From: an uncultured Gemmatimonadaceae bacterium
GTDB taxonomy: Bacteria; Gemmatimonadota; Gemmatimonadetes; Gemmatimonadales; Gemmatimonadaceae
Length of the DNA stretch: 64,000 bases
Assembly: GCA_963843845.1 (NCBI GenBank)
Contig: CAWJMB010000001.1
Span: forward strand, 96,001-160,000
Direction of reading: 5' to 3'
Each line of letters begins with the position of its first letter. Within the stretch, counting starts at the first letter, position 1. Made by a program: the position numbers and the translations under genes. Below the pieces are notes generated by a model. The model did no database searches. It saw only the letters and a program-made list of their open reading frames with translations, and was not told where the DNA came from. Shown here in pieces: positions 54,216-62,428 of the stretch.

Positions 54216-54785
54216 CTAGCCGCGCGTGATCGTGATCGTCCTCGAGACCGCGTTGAACTGCACCGGATACTCGGTGAGCGGCCGCGGCGCCGGCCCCGCC
54301 ACGTTCTTCCCCGTCGCGTCGTAGTACGAGTCGTGACACGCGCAGTGAATGCGACTGTTCGTGAAGTCCGACACGGTACAGTTGTCGTGCGTACACGTGC
54401 TCGTGAACGCACGGTACGTGTCGTTCCCCGTGTTGATGACGATCACGTTCGGTCCCCGCCCGCTCGCGTCCACGACGTTGTTCGTGCCGGCGTTCGTGAT
54501 GAGATAGCCGCCGCTCGCGGCGAGTCCCGCGGCGCTCGTGAGCGGGATCGTGACGACGCCGTTCGCGTACGTCACCCCGCTCGCGGGCGTCCCGGGCGAC
54601 GTCGGGCCGTCGCCGCCGCGCCCCCCGCACGCGCTCGCGAGCGCGGCGGCGACCGCCGACAGGCCGCTCGCCGTGAGAAAGCCGCGGCGCGTGAGCGAGT
54701 GCGCGGCGAGCGCGGGACAGCCGGCGGGAAGGGGAGCCAGGACGTCGGTCGACGTCGGTGTGTCGAGCGTGCGGAGCGTGCGCAT
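54216..54785 (-). CDS. Tat-exported Rieske 2Fe-2S lipoprotein
   Basis: TRRGFL twin-arginine motif, ASAC lipobox, CTH..C and CACH.S.YD..G.N..GPAPRPL. Confidence 0.9.
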   Translation of the reverse strand: MRTLRTLDTPTSTDVLAPLPAGCPALAAHSLTRRGFLTASGLSAVAAALASACGGRGGDGPTSPGTPASGVTYANGVVTIPLTSAAGLAASGGYLITNAGTNNVVDASGRGPNVIVINTGNDTYRAFTSTCTHDNCTVSDFTNSRIHCACHDSYYDATGKNVAGPAPRPLTEYPVQFNAVSRTITITRG

Positions 54786-55203
54786 GAACGAGGGCTACGG
54801 AGTGAACGGTACGACGCTGCTGGCGTCGAGCGGTGTCGGCAGACGACGACGACTGATGCCGCGTCGCAATATCGTCCGCAGACCCGCGGCCGATAGCCCG
54901 CACTCCATCCTCCTCGCGGCGCACGGGCGCGTCGCAGAACGCCACCGGGCCGTTTTTTTCCCTCGCGTGGACTCGCTGCCCGTCACATATTCGCGCGGCG
55001 TCGGTTGCGGTTTTTCCGCGTGTAGAGGTGACGGCGCGCGGTGTGCCAGTATTTCTGCACCACCGGCTCCATCACTCGCCTGATCGCCGGCCGCCGCATG
55101 GAACCGCCCGTTGCCGGCGCCGTCCGCCGTTCCCTCGTCACGACACTCTCTCGAACCTGTCCGCGCCCGTGCTCGTGACCTCGCCGCCATTCCGTAGCGC
55201 GCC

Positions 55204-57006
55204 ATGACCCAGGCCGGCATGCCTGACCGCTCGACAGGCTCGGCGTCACAGGTGGCCTGGGCGGCGCTCCACGGCGCCGCCGGCATCGTCGTCGAGCGTC
55301 CGGACGGCACCGTCGTCGACGCGAACCCTGCCGCCTGCCGGATGTTCGGCTACGACGCCGCGACGCTCGTCGGGCGGCCGTACACGGTGCTCTGCGTTCC
55401 GGGCGAGCGCGCCACCCAGGCGACGCTGCGAGCGGCACTCGTCGCCGGAATGCGCCGCTCGCACGTGGGTCGCTGGCACTACGCGCGACAGGATGGGACG
55501 ACGGTGACCGCCGACGTCATCACAACACGCGTGTCCGCCGAGTCGGCCGACGCGGGTCGTGCGGCCGACGGCGACGGGGGGACGCACATCGTCTCGGTCG
55601 TGCACGAGCGGCTCGCGGTGTCGAGCGACGACCCGGTTCCCGACGGCGCGGGGGCTGGCGAGCGCCTCGAGTCGCTCGGTCTGCTCGCGGGGGGGATCGC
55701 GCACGACTTCAACAACGTGCTCGCCGTGATCCGCGGCAACCTCGAGCTCGCCCGCGACGCGCTCGACGCGCCGGCGCCGGACGTCCGCAGCGCGCTCGTC
55801 GACCTGTACGCGGTCGAGCAGGCGACGACCCGCGCGACGGCGCTCGTGCGACAGCTCCTCGCCTTCGGGCGCATGCAGGCGCGCGCCCCCGAGCCGCTCG
55901 ACCTGAGCGTCGTCGCACGCGACATGCTGCCGCTCTGCCGCGTCGCGCTGGGCCCGGAGATCCCGCTCTCGCTGCGCCTCGCGGCCGGACTGCCGCGCAT
56001 CCTCGCCGACCGCACGCAGCTCGAGCAGGTGCTCATGAACCTCGTCGTGAACGCGCGCGACGCGGTGACCGAAGCGCAGGTCATCGCGCCGCACGCCGGC
56101 GATGCCCGCCGCGGCGTCACGGTGACGACGACGCTCGACGAGCTCGCGCCGCACGCCGCCGCGCGACTCGGCCTCGCGGCCGGGGCGACGTACGTGCGGC
56201 TCGCCGTGCGCGACACCGGGATCGGCATGACCGACGCGACGCGGGCGCGCATCTTCGAGCCGTTCTTCACGACGAAGCCCGTCGACCGGGGCACGGGGCT
56301 CGGCCTCGCGGCGACGTGGGGGATCGTGCGGCAGTCGGGAGGCGCGATCGACGTCGACACGCGGTGGCAGGAAGGAAGCACGTTCTCCGTCTACTTCCCG
56401 GTCGCCGCGACGCCCGCCGCCCCCGCCGCGCCGGCCGCGCCGCCGTGCTCGGCGTCGACCGCCACGCGCTCCACGGCGACGGCGTCCGATCGGGAACCCG
56501 CGCTCGGCTCGGCGTTCGACGAGCGCCTCGTCGCCGCGTCTGGATCTGGCGGGCGCCGCCTCGTCGCCGTCCGCGCCGACGAACGGGTGCCCCGCACGAT
56601 CCTGCTCGCCGAGGACGATCACGCGGTGCGCCGCGTCGCCGCCCGACTGCTGCGCGGGGCCGGCTATCGCGTCCTCGAAGCGGGAGACGGCGTCGACGCG
56701 CTCGCGCTGTGGCGCGCGCACGGCGGCGAGGTCGACCTGCTGCTGGCCGACATCCGCATGCCGCGGCTGCGCGGGGATCTCCTCGCCGAGGCCGTGCGCC
56801 GCGAGCGGCCGGAGCTGCCCGTGATCCTCATGACCGGCTTCGCCGACGACCCGTCGCGGGGCGGCGCCGTCTCGATCGACGCCGCGGCCGACCGTCCGCT
56901 GGCGAAGCCGTTCTCTGGCGTGGAGCTGCTGGAACGGGTCGCGGCGGCGCTGCCAGCGCTCGCAGGGTCGCCGGCTGGTGAGATCTCGTTAGGCGCCGTC
57001 GAGTGA
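55204..57006 (+). CDS. soluble hybrid PAS histidine kinase/receiver
   Basis: PAS (DAN.AAC.MFGY), GGIAHDFNN, QVLMNL.VNARDA, FEPFFTTK..GTGLGL, REC ILLAEDD...D..MP...KPF. Confidence 0.93.
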   Translation: MTQAGMPDRSTGSASQVAWAALHGAAGIVVERPDGTVVDANPAACRMFGYDAATLVGRPYTVLCVPGERATQATLRAALVAGMRRSHVGRWHYARQDGTTVTADVITTRVSAESADAGRAADGDGGTHIVSVVHERLAVSSDDPVPDGAGAGERLESLGLLAGGIAHDFNNVLAVIRGNLELARDALDAPAPDVRSALVDLYAVEQATTRATALVRQLLAFGRMQARAPEPLDLSVVARDMLPLCRVALGPEIPLSLRLAAGLPRILADRTQLEQVLMNLVVNARDAVTEAQVIAPHAGDARRGVTVTTTLDELAPHAAARLGLAAGATYVRLAVRDTGIGMTDATRARIFEPFFTTKPVDRGTGLGLAATWGIVRQSGGAIDVDTRWQEGSTFSVYFPVAATPAAPAAPAAPPCSASTATRSTATASDREPALGSAFDERLVAASGSGGRRLVAVRADERVPRTILLAEDDHAVRRVAARLLRGAGYRVLEAGDGVDALALWRAHGGEVDLLLADIRMPRLRGDLLAEAVRRERPELPVILMTGFADDPSRGGAVSIDAAADRPLAKPFSGVELLERVAAALPALAGSPAGEISLGAVE

Positions 57007-57027
57007 GCGTTCGGCGCCTGCGGGACC

Positions 57028-57082
57028 GCCGTCAGGCACTCGCCAGGCAGCCGTCACGCAGCCGTCAGGCAGCCGTCAGGCA
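57028..57082. repeat. 5 x 11-bp tandem repeat (GCCGTCAGGCA) overlapping the AraC gene stop
   Basis: Units start at 57028, 57039 (degenerate), 57050 (1 mismatch), 57061 and 57072. Confidence 0.8.
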
Positions 57083-57948
57083 CCAGACGCCGCGACCGCG
57101 CGACCCGCGGCGATCGCCTCGCGCAGTCGGTCGAGCACCGGCTGCACCCCCTGCCGCCGCACGTCTTCGACCGAGACGTCGGCGTAGCGGCGCAGGACGT
57201 TGCGCAGGCCGTTCCCCGACGGGAAGCCGTACGTCCACGCCACGTCGTCGACCGTGCACGCCGGTTCGCCGAGCGTCTGCGCGGCGAGCAGCAGGCGGCA
57301 CCACGTCGACAACTCGCGCGGCCCGGGCAGCCCGGCGCGCCGCGTCCGTTCGAGCAGCGTCTGCCGCGAGACGGTGAGCGCCTTCGCGACGTCGGCGAGC
57401 GTCGTCGCCTCGGTGAAGTGCTCGAACGTGTAGCGCACGAACCCGGCGAGCGAATCGGGGACGAGCGCCACCACCGACGCGACCAGATGTTCGCTGCCGG
57501 CGCGCTGCACGGCGCTCCCCAGGGCATCGCGTAGCGCCTTTCCCTCGTCGTCGATCCCGGCGATGACGAGCTCGTGAATCCCCGCGGCCGCGAACGCGAG
57601 CACGGCCGCCGACATCCCGAGCCGCAGTCGCGTGTAGCCGAGGACGACGACGTCCGGCGCCGACGCGCGGACATCGCGCACCGCTTCCGCCGTGGCCACG
57701 CCGTCCGCATCGCGCGCCTCGACGACGACGACGGCCGGCCGCCGCGCCGCGACGGCGCTCCGCAGCTCGGCGACGCGGTCGACGCACTGGAGCGTCGTGC
57801 CCGCCGGAACACCGTTCCCCATCCCCGGCACGCCGCCGCGGACGACGGCCTGCAAGCGCGCTACGTTCTCGCGGTCGCAGACGAGCGCGACCACGCCGGC
57901 GCGCGGCGCGTTCACTCGGGCGACAGGGCGAGCGGCGCTGGGGCTCAC
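57076..57948 (-). CDS. AraC-type double-HTH regulator with degenerate receiver-like N-terminus
   Basis: TLADVAKALTVSRQTL.....AGLP.P....W.RL..A...L......V..VA...GF.S...L.N..RRY. Confidence 0.8.
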   Translation of the reverse strand: MSPSAARPVARVNAPRAGVVALVCDRENVARLQAVVRGGVPGMGNGVPAGTTLQCVDRVAELRSAVAARRPAVVVVEARDADGVATAEAVRDVRASAPDVVVLGYTRLRLGMSAAVLAFAAAGIHELVIAGIDDEGKALRDALGSAVQRAGSEHLVASVVALVPDSLAGFVRYTFEHFTEATTLADVAKALTVSRQTLLERTRRAGLPGPRELSTWCRLLLAAQTLGEPACTVDDVAWTYGFPSGNGLRNVLRRYADVSVEDVRRQGVQPVLDRLREAIAAGRAVAASGA

Positions 57949-58091
57949 CGGGGTGATTCTCCGCGTGCAGCGTAGGGAGACGCGACGCGCGACAGCGCGT
58001 CCCGTCGGAGTGTGTGACAGGTTGTCCCGGCGTGTAGGCGTCGTCCCGGTCCGACGTGAGATTCTAGCTCATTCACCTTCTGGAGCCCGTC

Positions 58092-58319
58092 ATGCGTCTC
58101 ACGTCCGTCCGTTCGCTCCGCCTTGCCGCCATCCTCGTGCCGACGACCGTCGTCTCGCTGCTGGCCGGGTGCAGCGACGCCACGGCCCCGACCGAGGTCC
58201 GCGCCGCCGACCAGTCGATCAGCCGCGCCCGGCGGAGCGTCAACGACGGCGGCCAATGCGAGTACGGGCGCCAGTCCGACGGCTCCTGCCGCAGCGGCGT
58301 CACGATGCCGTGGTACTGA
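58092..58319 (+). CDS. 75-aa lipoprotein / candidate signalling-peptide precursor
   Basis: GGAG RBS, basic N-region, hydrophobic core, LAGC lipobox (Cys27), polar linker, C-terminal CEYGRQSDGSCRSGVTMPWY. Confidence 0.75.
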   Translation: MRLTSVRSLRLAAILVPTTVVSLLAGCSDATAPTEVRAADQSISRARRSVNDGGQCEYGRQSDGSCRSGVTMPWY

Positions 58320-58336
58320 CGGGACGCACGACGACG

Positions 58337-58360
58337 TGCCCGCCCCGTCGGGGCCGGGCA
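58337..58360. terminator. hairpin between the peptide gene and the TPR gene
   Basis: TGCCCGCCCCG-T-CGGGGCCGGGCA. Confidence 0.4.
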
Positions 58361-58408
58361 GCCACCGCCGCAGAGCTCCTGCGGTCGCGCGCGTCGTGAG
58401 TGCGGCGG

Positions 58409-59929
58409 TCATATGGCGGGGATGCCAGTCAGGTACCGATCGAGCGCCGTGAGCGATTCCATGGAACGCAGAGCCGCCCGCGCGTGCGCCGTGCGACGGG
58501 CCACCGTCGATCGGACAGGTGTGCGCGCTGTTCCCACGCTGCGCCCGCTCGTCGGCAGCGACGCCTGCACACGCAATCGCTCGGCGACGAGCGCGGTGAC
58601 CCGCTCGGCGCGGAAGGCGAATTCGTGAAATCCTTCCGCACGCGCGATCACGCCGGCACGGACCGCGTACTCTCCGGCGCGCACGGCGTCGATGTCGAGC
58701 AGCCCTTCCGCCACTTCGGTGAGCGTGTGCGTGCTCTCGTAGGCGCGTCCGGCGCGGGCGATCACACGGTCGATCGTGTGCGTCAACTGACTCACGAGCC
58801 GCGTCTCGCGGAGGCGCGCGGCCGCCTGCACCGCCGTGCCGAGCGCGGCGAGCTGCAGGCGCGGGTTGGCCGTCAGCTCGAGTCCGTGCAGACATGCGCC
58901 GATCGCCGCACGGTCGGCACCGCACAGCCGGCCGAGCGCCGCGAGGTTGATGAGCGCCTCCGCCCGCTCGTCGGGCGCGCTCGGCGCGATGTACTGCACG
59001 GCGGCCCAGCCGTGCGTGAGCGCCATGTCGACGTCGTTCGCGTTGTGCGCGGCGAACAGCAGACCGTGGTGCGCCGCACGCAGCAATTCGGACGAGTCGG
59101 CGCGGCGCGCGGCGCGGATGGCGCGCTGCAGGGTGCTGCGCGCCTCCGGATAGTTGCCGCGCATGCTGTACAGATTGCCGAGGCCCACCAGTGCCCGCGC
59201 GGCGACGTCGGGGGCGTGCGCGGTGCGCGCGAGGCGGGCGGCTCGCTGGTAGAGCGCGTCGGCCGCGGCGAGCTCGTTCAACTGACGGGCGACGCGCCCT
59301 TCCTGCGCCAGCAGCAGCCCCTCGGCGTGCGCGTCGAGCGCCGGAGCGAGCAGCGTGCGCGCGGCGCTGAGCATGACACGCGCGAGCTGGAACGCGCTGA
59401 TCGTCTCGGCGTCCGCGGCGAGATCCTGGACGGCGGCGAGCGCGGCGTCGCGAACGTCCGCCGCGAGCGCGGCGTCGCTCCGCAGTGCGTTCGCCAGCGC
59501 GTCGAACGCGTCCGCGACGACCGCGACGGTGCGCGCGAGGCGGGCGTCGCGCGATCCTCCGCTGTCTCCGGGGAACTCGGGCGCGGCTGGCCACTCCGGC
59601 GCGAGTCCGCGGAGCCCGGCCGCCGCGCCGGCGAGCAGCGTCGCCTGCTGCGGACGTTGCGCGCGCGCGGCGCGAGCGAGCGTGTGCGCGACGAGAATCC
59701 ACGCGTCGTCGGCCACGCAGAGCGGCGCCACGCCGCCCAGGCGCTCGACGTCCGCGCGGTAGGCGTCGAACGGCGCGAGCGGCGCCGGCACGGCCGGAAT
59801 GATCAGTCGGGAAGCGCGAGCCGCTCGAGGTATGTCGGATACGTCGGACACGTCGGCGATCGGTCGAGTGGACGTCGGGCTGGCGCGGATGGCGTCGCCA
59901 CGTGTGGTCAGATGCAACTTCTGGCGCAT
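58409..59929 (-). CDS. cytoplasmic tetratricopeptide-repeat protein; start uncertain
   Basis: TPR-like units, e.g. GRVARQLNELAAADALYQRA, ALVGLGNLYSMRGNYPEARSTLQRA, AEALINLA. No signal peptide or enzyme motif seen. Confidence 0.8.
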   Translation of the reverse strand: MRQKLHLTTRGDAIRASPTSTRPIADVSDVSDIPRAARASRLIIPAVPAPLAPFDAYRADVERLGGVAPLCVADDAWILVAHTLARAARAQRPQQATLLAGAAAGLRGLAPEWPAAPEFPGDSGGSRDARLARTVAVVADAFDALANALRSDAALAADVRDAALAAVQDLAADAETISAFQLARVMLSAARTLLAPALDAHAEGLLLAQEGRVARQLNELAAADALYQRAARLARTAHAPDVAARALVGLGNLYSMRGNYPEARSTLQRAIRAARRADSSELLRAAHHGLLFAAHNANDVDMALTHGWAAVQYIAPSAPDERAEALINLAALGRLCGADRAAIGACLHGLELTANPRLQLAALGTAVQAAARLRETRLVSQLTHTIDRVIARAGRAYESTHTLTEVAEGLLDIDAVRAGEYAVRAGVIARAEGFHEFAFRAERVTALVAERLRVQASLPTSGRSVGTARTPVRSTVARRTAHARAALRSMESLTALDRYLTGIPAI

Positions 59930-59976
59930 CTACGTTACAGCGCCATCGCGGAACTGCCTAGAGGGGGCGCGTCCGC

Positions 59977-61080
59977 GTGACGGCGCCGTACGTGCCCATC
60001 CTGCTCGTCGAGCGCGGGCCGCTCCGCGGTCTCGCGGCGACGCGCGACGAGGTGAAGGCACGGCTGACCCCGCTGTTCGACGTTCGCGCGGAGAGCGCCG
60101 GCGAGCGGCTGGACGACGTCGGCCCGCTGACCGCGCGCGTGCGCGCGCTCGCCGACGCGTGGAGTGGTGAGCACCCGGCGTTCCTCGACTGCCGCACCGG
60201 CGCCGGTGACGAACGGTTGCGCGACGGGCGGGTGCATCTCGCGCACCTGCTCGACGAGGGGCGCCAGCGCGGCTTGCGGCTCGTACCGGTGACCGGGCTG
60301 CGGCGGCCGGCGGCGTATCAGCTCGCCGTCGCCGACGCGGCGCTCACCGATGGACGCGGCGCCTGTCTGCGCGTCGAGCTCGGCGACGTCGAAGCGATCG
60401 AGTCGATCGAGGGGCGCGTCGACGCGTTCCTCGAGACCGTCGCACTCGCGCCCGACGTGATCGATCTCGTCGTCGACCTCGGCGAGATCCCGCACGCGCG
60501 GCTGGCGCTGCTGCAAGTCATGGCGCGGGCGGTGCTCGCTCCGCTCGCCGGGCTCGCGCCGTGGCGCTCGGTCACGCTCGCCGCGGCGGCCGCCGCGCCC
60601 CCGGACGTGGACTACGCGCGCGGCGCGGGACGGACGATCGAGCGCACCGACTGGCTGCTCTGGCGTCTGCTCGCCGCGGACGCGGCACCACGGGGGCTGC
60701 GTTTCGGCGACTACGGGCCGTGGCGCCGGCCGATCGCGAGCGGGAGTGGCGGCCGCTGGCTCTACTACACGCACGACGCGGCATGGCTGCTCGTCGACGC
60801 GGCGCCGCCGGCACGGCTCGCGGCGACGGCCGTCCGCGAGGGGGCGGGCGGCGTCTACCGCGCCCGGCTGTCACGCGCCGACGACGCGCCGCCGCTCGGC
60901 GAGCTGTCGCGGCAGCCTGAGTTCCACGGCGTCGCGCATTGCGCTGGCGATGCCTGCTTCGTCGAGTGTTCGCCGAACGGGCGCACCGACCCGAGCGTGT
61001 GGCGGGCCGCCGCGACGACGCACCATCTCACGACCGTCGTCGAGCAGCTCACCGACGCGCCGCACGGCCTCGCCGACTGA
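59977..61080 (+). CDS. beta-family protein (phage P4 beta-like, Pfam Beta_protein)
   Basis: N-terminal YVPIL...G....L......K..LTPLF, internal LVPVTG, IDLVVDLG, W.SV.L and FGDY, C-terminal F.G..H..GD and WR....HHLT.VV.QL, as I recall for this family. Confidence 0.7.
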   Translation: MTAPYVPILLVERGPLRGLAATRDEVKARLTPLFDVRAESAGERLDDVGPLTARVRALADAWSGEHPAFLDCRTGAGDERLRDGRVHLAHLLDEGRQRGLRLVPVTGLRRPAAYQLAVADAALTDGRGACLRVELGDVEAIESIEGRVDAFLETVALAPDVIDLVVDLGEIPHARLALLQVMARAVLAPLAGLAPWRSVTLAAAAAAPPDVDYARGAGRTIERTDWLLWRLLAADAAPRGLRFGDYGPWRRPIASGSGGRWLYYTHDAAWLLVDAAPPARLAATAVREGAGGVYRARLSRADDAPPLGELSRQPEFHGVAHCAGDACFVECSPNGRTDPSVWRAAATTHHLTTVVEQLTDAPHGLAD

Positions 61081-61104
61081 CGCATTCACCGACTCCACCG
61101 ACTC

Positions 61105-61401
61105 ATGTGTGAACCTGGCTCGCGCTCGCCCTCGTGGATTCCGAGCGGCCGCACCTACATCGTCCTTCTCGCGGGCGACGGAACGCCGTCGACCGCGCGT
61201 CCACGACCCCTGGGCACCGTGGCCGCCGCCGGCGCGGCGGCCGCCCGCGTCCTCGCTCGCGAGCTGGCGCACACGTTCACCGGGGCGAGCGCCCAGGAGG
61301 TGCCGCCGTCGCGGCTGCGTGTGGTCGCCGCGGGGAGCGCGCCCTGCGACCTGCTGTGGCGAGCGCTCGCGATGGACGGCGCGCGGATGGCGGCGGCCTG
61401 A
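61105..61401 (+). CDS. small hypothetical protein
   Basis: Fills the gap 24 nt after the beta gene with a plausible composition. It is followed by a GGGGGC/GCCCCC hairpin at 61411-61427. Confidence 0.45.
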   Translation: MCEPGSRSPSWIPSGRTYIVLLAGDGTPSTARPRPLGTVAAAGAAAARVLARELAHTFTGASAQEVPPSRLRVVAAGSAPCDLLWRALAMDGARMAAA

Positions 61402-61530
61402 GCGCTCCCAGGGGGCTCGAGGCCCCCTATTGCATCGACGCCTCTCTTGCGGGAAACGGATGCGGGTGAAATGATGCCGCCGTCACAGTCTTCGCGACTC
61501 CGTTGCAGCCCCCCCCTGGAGCACACTCCG

Positions 61531-62184
61531 ATGCGTTCGATCCCTCGCGCCCTCGCCCTCGCCGCCACGCTCGCTGCCACGCTCGGCGCGCCGCTCGCCG
61601 CTCCGTTGGGCGCCCAGCTCGTCAACGGCAACTTCGAATCGTCGACGCCGGTAGCGGGCAGCGTCGACACGTACGGCGCAGGAAGCAGCTTCGGCGGGTG
61701 GACGGTCGGTCAGGGTACGATCGATCTCCTCAACGGGTACTGGCAGGCCGCAGACGGGACGTACTCCGTCGATCTGGACGGTGTCTCGGTCGGGAGCATC
61801 TATCAGGACGTCGCGACGACGATCGGCGAGGCATACACGCTCGGGTTCTCGCTCGCCGGCAATCCCGCTGGTGGTCCCGTGATCAAGACGATGGACGTGC
61901 TCTGGGGTGGCTCGGTCGTGGGATCGTACACCTTCGACATCACCGGGCGCTCGTTCGCCGCCATGGGGTGGACGCCGTACACCCTCGCCGGCCTCGTGTC
62001 GACGACGGCGACGACGCGACTCGAGTTCCGGAGCACGACGGGCGGCAACTTCTACGGCCCCGCCGTCGACGCGATCACGCTCGCTCCGGCGGTGAGCGCG
62101 GTGCCCGAGCCGGCGACGCTGGCGCTCGTCGCGGGCGGGCTCGCCCTCGTCGGCGGCGTCGCGCGCCGCCGCCGCACGCACTGA
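61531..62184 (+). CDS. PEP-CTERM surface protein with choice-of-anchor C/DUF642-like domain
   Basis: Signal peptide, LVNGNFE, GWTV..G.ID...YWQ..DG..S.DL.G, GP..D, VPEPATLAL...GL....RRRR. Confidence 0.93.
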   Translation: MRSIPRALALAATLAATLGAPLAAPLGAQLVNGNFESSTPVAGSVDTYGAGSSFGGWTVGQGTIDLLNGYWQAADGTYSVDLDGVSVGSIYQDVATTIGEAYTLGFSLAGNPAGGPVIKTMDVLWGGSVVGSYTFDITGRSFAAMGWTPYTLAGLVSTTATTRLEFRSTTGGNFYGPAVDAITLAPAVSAVPEPATLALVAGGLALVGGVARRRRTH

Positions 62185-62238
62185 CGCCGCACGCACGGAC
62201 ACGGCACGCACGGACACGGCACGCACTGACGCGGCACG
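62174..62238. repeat. about 4.3 x 15-bp tandem repeat overlapping the PEP-CTERM stop
   Basis: GCACGCACTGACGCC / GCACGCACGGACACG x2 / GCACGCACTGACGCG / GCACG. Confidence 0.85.
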
Positions 62239-62428
62239 GCTCGGCCATCTCGCGCCTCGCCGGCGCGCTCCGGGGGACCCGCACGACTGCGGGTCCCTCG
62301 TCTGTCGTCTCGGCGAGACGGTGAGCATCTTTCGCGGCGGCCGGCGTGTCGAACGTGCCGGCGATCGCGTCACCGGTCCGGTGACTGCGCGCGTCGCGTC
62401 GGTCCTCGTCCACGTCAGCATCGTGCGT

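Noticed and set aside
55033..55048. Sigma-54-like TGGCAC-N7-GC on the minus strand
   Set aside because: It lacks the TT before the -12 GC and lies about 250 bp from the Rieske start. It could be chance in GC-rich DNA.
58092..58319. Peptide as a RiPP precursor
   Set aside because: No radical SAM, YcaO, lanthionine synthetase or peptidase-ABC exporter is nearby, and it has a lipoprotein signal rather than a RiPP leader.
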